Below are positions 17,333 through 24,000 of a stretch of DNA of 24,000 bases, one piece after another (position 1 is the stretch's first letter; each line of letters opens with the position of its first letter). Below the pieces are notes generated by a model. That model was given only the letters and a program-made list of their open reading frames with translations, searched no databases and was not told the origin of the DNA. The position numbers were made by a program, and so were the translations under genes. Location of the stretch: assembly GCA_013822725.1 (NCBI GenBank), contig PNKX01000006.1, positions 39,549 through 63,548 on the forward strand, given 5' to 3'. The stretch is from Pirellula sp. GTDB taxonomy: Bacteria; Planctomycetota; Planctomycetia; Pirellulales; Lacipirellulaceae.

Positions 17333-20300
17333 TCAATCGATAAAGACAAACTCATTGGCGTTGAACAACAGCCGGCACATGTTGGCCATGCCATGCTTTT
17401 CCGCGTAGGCGGCCAAACTTTGACGTTCTTCTGCGGTGGCGGGGCGGCCCAGCGTCAGTTCCACGGCGAGGTCAATTTGCTCAGCCGTCGTCGTCTCATC
17501 GCCGGCAAGGCGAGCAGCTAAGTGCTCGGCCTGTCGCAAGACGAACGCATTGTTCCAGAGCGCGAGCGCCTGCTGCACCGTCACCGAATTGCCGCGGGCC
17601 GGGGTGATCTGATCGCCCGACGGGCAATCGAGCGCGTCCTGGAACGGATCAGGCAGCGTCCGAAACAAGAAACGATAAACGCTGCGGCGTCGTGCGGCGT
17701 CGCTGTCGACGTCGAATTCGCGGTAGTCGATGATCGGCGTCACATGATGACCGGGCGTCAGCGCGAACTGCCGATCCGACGGGCCTCCCATACGTAAATC
17801 GAGTCGATCAGTCGCCGCCAGGAGAGCGTCATGAACGCACTCCGCATCGAGCCGCGTCCGATTCATCCGCCAGAGCAGCCGATTCTCAACGTCGATTGCG
17901 GCCGCTTGCGACGCAACCTTTGCATCGAGCGCCGAAGTCCGCGACGTCTGGCAATAGGTCTCGCTGGTCACCATCAACCGATGGAGGTCTTTGAGCGATT
18001 GGTTGCCGTCGCGGAACTGTACGGCGAGCCAATCGAGAAGTTCGGGGTGCGACGCCGTCCCTCCCATGTGGCCGAAATCGTTAAGCGTCGTCACAATCCC
18101 GGCGCCGAAGTGATGATGCCACGCTCGGTTGACGATCGACCGCCAAGTGAGCGGGTTCTTCTGGTTAGTCAGCCACTGGGCGAGCGCCGCGCGCCGTACC
18201 GATTCGTCGCTCCCCTCCGGCACTTCAAACGCCGCCGGAAGTTCGATCACGCACGCGAGCGCTCCGGGCGCCACGAGTTCCAGCGGTTTGCCAATCTCAC
18301 CCCGCTGCAGCAAGTGAATCGGTCGCGGCCCGGGCGGCGGCTTCAATCCGCCGTCAGGTTCGAACTGGCTGGCCGCCGCATAAGTCAGCAGCGGCGGCGG
18401 CAATGTCGCCAACTCGCGGGTCGCCTGTTCGAGGAAGTAATGCCGTGCGAGCGCCAGCCGTTGCGATTCGCTCCGCTCCTGTGGCGGCGTTTCGAGAATC
18501 GCGATCACTTCCGTCGGCAACACGTCGATTCCGACCGGCAGCGCCGCGTCGGTGACCGAGAGTCGCACGCGACCAATCAGGTGGCTGCCGCCGTGGAGTT
18601 GCTTCAGTAAGATTTTTAGATCGGCGCCGTCGGCCTCGAACGCTTCCCGGAATTCGAACGCCGCCTCATGGCTGGCGCCAACTTGCGGGTAGATGCCCCA
18701 CGCCGTCTGAGGGACGCCGTCGATCGCACGGGCGATGCCCCAGTCCGCTTGATCGAAGTCGGCAATAGCGCCGGCGATGGGGACCGGCGTCGATTGGTCG
18801 ACGCCCGCAAATACCTCCAACTCCGACAGATGCAGGTTGCCGTTATCCTGTCGCCCCGGCCCGCGCTGCGGCAGCCGATCGTCGGCCAGCACTTCAATCC
18901 GTAAGGCAGTTACGCGCTGCAGCGGGTTGCGAGCAACGATCGTGTAGACGTCAGTCTCGGGTCGCTCGCCTGCGGAGAGCAGCGAACCGTCAGGTTGCTT
19001 GGTGAGCGTCGCGCCGTTAGCGGAAGCGGCATTGGTCACGTCGAGCGTGGTCCAACGTACTCGCTGTCGAGCTAGGCTTTGCTCCCAAGCGTCGACTTCC
19101 GCTTGCGACCGGGCTTCGCTTAACAGCTTCGCGACAAACTCCGGATCCTTTTCCAAGGAGAGTTTGCGGGCCGTTAAATGGCGCCGCCGTTCTCCAATCT
19201 CCGCGGAAACGTCGACCGTGCGATTGGCCCGCTCGACGCCCGCGAAGACCGCCTGCAGTTGGTAATACTCCTGCTGCGAAATAGCGTCGAACTTGTGGTC
19301 GTGACAACGGGCGCACTGCACCGTCAGGCTGACGACGTTGTTCATCACCGTCGAGAGCATGTCGTCGCGATCGAGATAGCGGGCGATCTGCCGGTCGACC
19401 GTGTCGTCGAGGATATCGCGGAGCGAGCTTTCATCCCACGGCCCCGCCGCCAAGAAACCAAGCGCTACGATCGCCTGCGGATTGTCTGGAAACAGCGCAT
19501 CGCCGGCGACTTGTTCTTGGATGAAGTGGGCGTACGGTTTGTCGGCGTTGAACGATTCAATCAGGTAGTCGCGGTAGCGCCACGCATGTTCGCGAATGCG
19601 ATCCTGATCATGCCCATGCGTCTCCGCGAAATGGGCGGCGTCCATCCAGTGCCGCGCCCAACGCTCGCCGTAGCGCGGCGAAGCTAACAGCCGATCGACC
19701 AAGCGCTCGTACGCGAGCGGATCATCGTCGGCGACGAACGCGGCGATTTCCTGCGGCGTCGGCGGCAAGCCGACGAGATCGAAATAGAGGCGGCGGATCA
19801 GAGTTCGTCGATCGGCGCGGGGCGCTTGGGCCAAGCCTTGTCGCTGCAACTTGGCCACGATGAACTGATCAATCGCGTTGGCAATGCGAGCCGGCTGTGC
19901 GCCTGGAGGGGACGCAGGAATTTCAGGTTGTCGGAGAGGCTGCCACGCCCACCAGTCGGCTTTGTCGGTTGCCTTACCAGCGACTTCGTCGGGCCACTTG
20001 GCGCCTTGCTCGATCCACGCCCGAATCGTTGCGATCTCTTCCGCCGAGAGTCGCGGGCCCTCCGGCGGCATTTCTAAGGCGCCCCCCTCGACGATGAACT
20101 CCAGCAGATGGCTCGCCGCGGCGTCGCCTGGAACGATGTTCGGCGCGAACAACTCGCCGCCGTCGAACGCTTCGCTCCGCACGTCGAGGCGATAGTCGCT
20201 TCGCTGCTTCTCAGGGCCGTGACAGCCGTAACACGCTTTGACAAAAATCGGCTGCACGTCGGCGACGAAGTCGACTGCTGGAACGCTGGCGTGGGAATCG

Positions 20301-20401
20301 GAGGCAAGCTCAGCTGCACGACAACGCCACGCTGCGGCAAACGTCGCCAACGCCACGAGGGCGGTTAACGCAGCGTCGGCATGATGGGGTCGTTGACGCA
20401 T
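17333..20401 (-). CDS. Planctomycete cytochrome-c domain protein (PSCyt1, DUF1549/PSCyt2, DUF1553/PSD1)
   Basis: 1022 aa. Signal peptide, then the heme motif CYGCHGPEKQRSDYRLD. DUF1549-like RRLYFDLVGLPPT. A second CARCHDHKFD motif. C-terminal PSD1-like region. 28 nt upstream of the DUF1501 gene. Confidence 0.9.
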   Translation of the reverse strand: MRQRPHHADAALTALVALATFAAAWRCRAAELASDSHASVPAVDFVADVQPIFVKACYGCHGPEKQRSDYRLDVRSEAFDGGELFAPNIVPGDAAASHLLEFIVEGGALEMPPEGPRLSAEEIATIRAWIEQGAKWPDEVAGKATDKADWWAWQPLRQPEIPASPPGAQPARIANAIDQFIVAKLQRQGLAQAPRADRRTLIRRLYFDLVGLPPTPQEIAAFVADDDPLAYERLVDRLLASPRYGERWARHWMDAAHFAETHGHDQDRIREHAWRYRDYLIESFNADKPYAHFIQEQVAGDALFPDNPQAIVALGFLAAGPWDESSLRDILDDTVDRQIARYLDRDDMLSTVMNNVVSLTVQCARCHDHKFDAISQQEYYQLQAVFAGVERANRTVDVSAEIGERRRHLTARKLSLEKDPEFVAKLLSEARSQAEVDAWEQSLARQRVRWTTLDVTNAASANGATLTKQPDGSLLSAGERPETDVYTIVARNPLQRVTALRIEVLADDRLPQRGPGRQDNGNLHLSELEVFAGVDQSTPVPIAGAIADFDQADWGIARAIDGVPQTAWGIYPQVGASHEAAFEFREAFEADGADLKILLKQLHGGSHLIGRVRLSVTDAALPVGIDVLPTEVIAILETPPQERSESQRLALARHYFLEQATRELATLPPPLLTYAAASQFEPDGGLKPPPGPRPIHLLQRGEIGKPLELVAPGALACVIELPAAFEVPEGSDESVRRAALAQWLTNQKNPLTWRSIVNRAWHHHFGAGIVTTLNDFGHMGGTASHPELLDWLAVQFRDGNQSLKDLHRLMVTSETYCQTSRTSALDAKVASQAAAIDVENRLLWRMNRTRLDAECVHDALLAATDRLDLRMGGPSDRQFALTPGHHVTPIIDYREFDVDSDAARRRSVYRFLFRTLPDPFQDALDCPSGDQITPARGNSVTVQQALALWNNAFVLRQAEHLAARLAGDETTTAEQIDLAVELTLGRPATAEERQSLAAYAEKHGMANMCRLLFNANEFVFID

Positions 20402-20793
20402 TTCGCGTGCAAGCGAGACAATGAAAAAAGATTGTCAAGTACGATTGAATAGTGAAATGTCTTGTGACCGGCCCTGGCGAGCCAATTCCAAGTCAAATTG
20501 TGGCTGGGAAGGAATTTGCGGGCGCAGGCGTTCATTCTACCCGAGGGTCGACGGCGACGTGTTGTAAAAGGTGCTCAAATCGGTGCGATCGGTGATGCGA
20601 TCCTACCCGTCGCAATTCCCCTCCATTCTCGACGGCGCCGCCCGGCCCACCGGAAATCCCTGCCAAACCGGTAGGAGACGATCAGTCGTCAATTTCTCCA
20701 ACGGCAAACCGCAGACCCGCCCTTTTTGACATATGCTTACTTATGTTCCCGTGGAAATGCCCTGCCGGAAATCCGTAACACCGCACTAGCGAG

Positions 20794-21441
20794 TTGCTAC
20801 CGATGGTACAGGACTCGGTCGTCGACGAAGGCTATGCCGATTCGTCGGCCGCCGTTTGCGAACTCGATGATGCGATCGAGCGTTGCGGCAGTTGCTGCAC
20901 GCCGGTGATGCTGCGTCGGCCAAATTCTTCCTCGCCGGCGAGCGCGTGGCTCTGCCGTCGTTGCGGGTCGGTCTTCTTCGCTCGTCCGCAAGAGCAGGAC
21001 GGCAAGCTGGTGCGCGGCGTCGCCAAGCCTGTCTCCTATCACGAGGTGATGAAGGAACTGAATATCCATCTCGCTTCGGCGTCGCAGACGGTCAGCCGGC
21101 GTGATGTGATGCGGCTGGTCGAGTGCTTCGCCAATCGCAAGTTCATGGGGACCGACACGCGCTGCCAGCAGCGGCACATCGTGGCGGCCCCCGTCACCGT
21201 GGTCCCTTTGGGCGGCGACCTCCGTATCGCCGCGCCGGCGGAACGGGTGCTGACGCTAAACGTTTCCGGCGGCGGCGCGGCGCTATTCCACACGCGCCGT
21301 ATTCCGCAGCCTTACTTGGCGATCGACTTTACCTACGCCGGCGTCAACCTGCTGCCGGTCATCCTGGAAACCACGCGGGTGCGGCAGGTCGGCAACTCGT
21401 TCGAAATCGCTGGTCGCTTTGTCAGCCGTATCACGCCCTAA
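20794..21441 (+). CDS. PilZ-domain protein with an N-terminal CxxC...CxxC zinc-ribbon-like segment
   Basis: N-terminal CGSC..(22 aa)..CRRCGS. The C-terminal QQRH...NVSGGGAAL matches the PilZ RxxxR / (D/N)xSxxG layout. The track start is TTG at 20794; the ATG at 20803 (MVQDS...) is an equally good start. Confidence 0.65.
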   Translation: MLPMVQDSVVDEGYADSSAAVCELDDAIERCGSCCTPVMLRRPNSSSPASAWLCRRCGSVFFARPQEQDGKLVRGVAKPVSYHEVMKELNIHLASASQTVSRRDVMRLVECFANRKFMGTDTRCQQRHIVAAPVTVVPLGGDLRIAAPAERVLTLNVSGGGAALFHTRRIPQPYLAIDFTYAGVNLLPVILETTRVRQVGNSFEIAGRFVSRITP

Positions 21442-21557
21442 ATTCGCAAACTCGAACAGTTAGGGCGGTTTCAAGCTGCTAGTGGTCGGGTTTCTCGCGG
21501 CACGACGTTTGCCCATTAAGTCGCCTTGGCACCCCACCGGTCACAGGCGGCTTCACC

Positions 21558-22517
21558 ATGACGTCGACGTTTCTCCCCTCACGCCCGCTGCGGCAACTTC
21601 CGCGCGTCCTGCGCGGCGCGTTCTTCGAATGGAACGAAGACAAAGTCCCGCGGATGGCGGCGGCGATCGCGTTCTACGCGGTCTTCTCGCTGACCCCGAT
21701 CGTCGTGATCGCGTTCAAGATTGCTGAGCGGAGTTTTGGGACGGAGGTCGCCCTGCGTGAGATTCTGGCGCAAGCGGCGTTCCTGATCGGCAACGACGGC
21801 GCCGCGGCGATCGAAACGCTGATCGCGAACGCCCAGCCGCGCGCCGCGACCCCGTGGGCGACCGGTCTCGGCATCGCCGCGATGATCTTCGCCGCTACCG
21901 GCGTCTTCACTGAACTCAAGGATTCGCTCAACACCATTTGGGAAGTGCAGCCGAAGCCAGGCCTCGGCATCATCCAGATGATCGTCGACCGTTTCTTTGC
22001 CTTCGCGATGGTACTGGTGATCTGGTTTCTCATGCTCATTTCGCTCATGTCTAGCGCAGTGATGAGCGCCGCCGTCCGCGTCGCGTCGCCGTACGTCGTC
22101 GGCGTGCAATTCTTCGAGTCGTTTCTGTCGCTCGGTCTCATTACCTTCCTGTTCGCTCTGATTTATCGCATCCTTCCCGACGTGCGAGTCGCGTGGCGCG
22201 ACGTCTGGCTCGGCGCGTTCGTGACCGCCGGGCTGTTCGTCATCGGCAAGTCGCTGTTTGGGCTCTACCTCGGCCACAGTTCGCTCGGCTCCAGTTACGG
22301 CGCGGCGGGATCGCTGGTGATTGTCATTTTATGGGTTTACTACTCCTGCTTGATTCTGCTGTTTGGCGCCGAGATGACGCAGGTGCAGGCGCGGATCCAT
22401 CACACGCCGCTGGAGCCGACGGAGAAGGCGGTGCATGTGACCGAACATGCCCGCGCGCAGCAGGGGATACCGCGGACGGCCGATGTGGCGGAAGCGGTGC
22501 GGGCGGAGGGGGAGTGA
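21558..22517 (+). CDS. YihY/BrkB (virulence factor BrkB / RNase BN-like) family integral membrane protein
   Basis: 319 aa. The N-terminal FEWNEDKVPRMAAAIAFYAVFSLTPIVVI signature and about 6 hydrophobic helices. Confidence 0.85.
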   Translation: MTSTFLPSRPLRQLPRVLRGAFFEWNEDKVPRMAAAIAFYAVFSLTPIVVIAFKIAERSFGTEVALREILAQAAFLIGNDGAAAIETLIANAQPRAATPWATGLGIAAMIFAATGVFTELKDSLNTIWEVQPKPGLGIIQMIVDRFFAFAMVLVIWFLMLISLMSSAVMSAAVRVASPYVVGVQFFESFLSLGLITFLFALIYRILPDVRVAWRDVWLGAFVTAGLFVIGKSLFGLYLGHSSLGSSYGAAGSLVIVILWVYYSCLILLFGAEMTQVQARIHHTPLEPTEKAVHVTEHARAQQGIPRTADVAEAVRAEGE

Positions 22518-22530
22518 GTCGTGCGGGTGA

Positions 22531-22581
22531 ATTCTGTCGCCTGGCGAATTGTGTCGCGGAGCGACGTTTTGGCGACAGAAT
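22531..22581. repeat. Hairpin repeat unit 1: perfect 11-bp arms ATTCTGTCGCC / GGCGACAGAAT around an inner GTCGC-GGA-GCGAC hairpin
   Basis: Read directly. It starts 14 nt after the yihY-family stop. It shares the GGCGACAGAA 3' arm with units 2 and 3. Confidence 0.7.
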
Positions 22582-22761
22582 GGCACCAGCGAGTGCGCGG
22601 GTGGCCCGAGTTGGCGTACTCGCCTACCCGGGCGGCGACGCCGTGAGAGGCAGTCGCCGACTTGTGCTGGCGAGCCCCTGCTTTGAATTGCCCCTTGCGG
22701 CTGCGCCGCCCCGGTAGCCGCATGAGGCGGCAACCGGGGCTACCCGTTGTCGTGAGTCGCG

Positions 22762-22793
22762 TTTTGTCGCGGAACGCGTTTTTGGCGACAGAA
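22762..22793. repeat. Hairpin repeat unit 2: TTTTGTCGC-N14-GCGACAGAA
   Basis: 6-bp DNA arms TGTCGC/GCGACA, extendable to 9 bp as RNA with one G-U. Same 3' arm, GGCGACAGAA. Confidence 0.6.
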
Positions 22794-22825
22794 GTCGTAA
22801 GTGGGCTGCTGCAGGGGAGTTGGAG

Positions 22826-22866
22826 CTGTCGCGAGACGCCCTGAGGGCGAGGGTGGGGCGACAGAA
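22826..22866. repeat. Hairpin repeat unit 3: CTGTCGC-N25-GCGACAG(AA) with an inner CGCCC-TGA-GGGCG hairpin
   Basis: 7-bp arms. Same 3' arm, GGCGACAGAA. Confidence 0.6.
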
Positions 22867-23450
22867 CTCGCGCGGCGATCAATGGGTAGGGAGTCCCGGA
22901 ACGGCGCGCACGATGGCCGTTGGCGTCACCGCGACGGATTTTGTTAGTGCGCAGCATGAGAGGTTCCGCTGGAGTGAACTCGGATGAGCTTGCGGTTGAT
23001 GAGTGAATTTTTGTTCACTATAGCGATCTGGGTGGCCAATTTCAAGATGGCAGTCAGGGAGTGATCGCAGAAAACTTAATGCTTTAGTTGGGCGCCTCTC
23101 GCCACGGCGAGGGAGAAGCACCGAGCGAGTGCCCGCTTCAGCACTGGCGGGATGCCAGTGACGCCCGGGGTGATCGCCCAAGCAGTTCAGAGAATTCAAG
23201 AAGCCTCGGTCGGGCGACCTACGCGCGTAAGCTGCATCGGCCAGACACACATGTCACGCCCACCTGAGCGCCCCCGGACGCGGCCGATTCAAAGCTTCGG
23301 TCGTGAAGACGTCGATGTGAGCGATGCACGCAATCGATGGATCCGCCAACGCAGGATTGAATCGGCCGGTTGCGCACTCAGAACGCACGCTCGTGACGCA
23401 GTCGCGACGATGATTCCCTACCTTAAGGGGATTCTCACTGAGACGGTCGA

Positions 23451-24000
23451 CTACGGCTTCGCCGCCTTTTCTGCTTCCTGTTTCTTACGGAATTCTTGGA
23501 ACCGCTGTTCGTTTTCCTCGAAGACGGTCGGGCTTTGATATTCAAGGGTCGCCTGCGTCTTTCCGCCGCGGGTTTCGACCTTCAATTGCGCCAGCGCCTG
23601 TTCCGCGTTGCGGTAGATTTGGAACGCGTCATTCTCGTTCTCGATCAGGTTCTCGGTCGTCGGCTTCCAGCCCAGGCGAGGCAACTCGGCTTGATAGAAC
23701 TTGGCGACTTCGTTCCAATCGCCGGGGTGTTCGAAGTTCAACTCGACCGGGCGGTGGCTGAAACGTACGCCTTCAGCGTTCGGCGGGATCGGCAGATCGA
23801 CCGGCAGTAGTTGCGGCGAGAGTTGCATCATCGTTTTACCCCCCTGGGCTGGCGCCGAGCTTATCGAGACCTGCACCGTCTGCGGTCCGCGCCGGTAAGT
23901 CGTGGAACCGGGCGAGCTTTCGTAGACGCTCCATCCAGCGGCGGTCATGGCGTCGCCGAACGCTTTCGCCGTTTCATCGAGGGCGAGCGTCGTGACGTAG
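23451..24000 (-). CDS. Hypothetical protein, C-terminal part (the frame stays open to the window end, so the N-terminus may lie outside)
   Basis: The track ORF starts at the ATG at 23948. Hand translation upstream (..YVTTLALDETAKAFGDA-M..) shows no stop before position 24000. Composition is non-repetitive and looks like a real protein. No family was recognised. Confidence 0.55.
   Translation of the reverse strand, partial: YVTTLALDETAKAFGDAMTAAGWSVYESSPGSTTYRRGPQTVQVSISSAPAQGGKTMMQLSPQLLPVDLPIPPNAEGVRFSHRPVELNFEHPGDWNEVAKFYQAELPRLGWKPTTENLIENENDAFQIYRNAEQALAQLKVETRGGKTQATLEYQSPTVFEENEQRFQEFRKKQEAEKAAKP

Noticed and set aside
17305-17394. N-terminal extension of the DUF1501 ORF (MAWPTCAGCC...) overlapping the DUF1553 gene end
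   Set aside because: The internal ATG at 17304 yields a textbook twin-arginine signal at the very N-terminus and removes the overlap.
20417-20436. GACAAT-N8-ATTGTC palindrome just upstream of the DUF1553 gene start
   Set aside because: It has only 6-bp arms in an AT-richer promoter region, with no second copy in the window. It cannot be distinguished from chance.
23002-23019. Palindrome AGTGAA-TTTTTG-TTCACT resembling the NrtR-type sites
   Set aside because: The arm spacing is one nt longer (AGTG-N10-CACT against N9). It lies in a convergent gap with no downstream gene to regulate.
22400-23538. ORFs 22400-22957 (-), 22879-23250 (-) and 23152-23538 (+) in the long convergent gap
   Set aside because: They mutually overlap and have R/S/P/C-rich low-complexity composition. 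No motifs or plausible start contexts are present. They are treated as non-coding pending a BLASTX check.

Overview
High-GC bacterial chromosomal segment with planctomycete hallmarks: a PSCyt/DUF1549/DUF1553 plus DUF1501 gene pair, a TAT-signal protein and a multiheme cytochrome-TPR fusion. Left part: the translationally coupled NAD-salvage operon pncB-prs-nadE, then a Nudix (NrtR-like) gene. Two matching palindromes sit where NrtR operators would be expected. Centre: a complete RtcR-governed RNA-repair locus on the minus strand. rtcR is divergent from a canonical sigma54 -24/-12 promoter, which is followed by rsr (Ro60/TROVE-vWA), five tandem self-closing Y-RNA-like hairpin RNAs, rtcB, a low-GC orphan ORF and rtcA. 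Three of the five RNAs carry a circularly permuted tRNA-like domain, one has only a T-arm and one has none. The orphan ORF overlaps both neighbours and looks HEPN-like by eye (unverified). Two homologous intergenic elements of about 170 nt (12624-12794 and 15594-15765, plus strand) end in a tRNA-type variable-loop/T-arm/acceptor-3' segment. They are not tRNAs, tmRNA or Y RNAs, and I could not classify them. Right part: a zinc-ribbon-PilZ protein, a YihY/BrkB membrane protein, a 930-bp convergent gap with three related hairpin repeats, and a partial hypothetical gene. Most other ORFs in the six-frame track are antisense or shadow ORFs typical of high-GC DNA. All homology calls come from motif recognition by eye; no searches were run.
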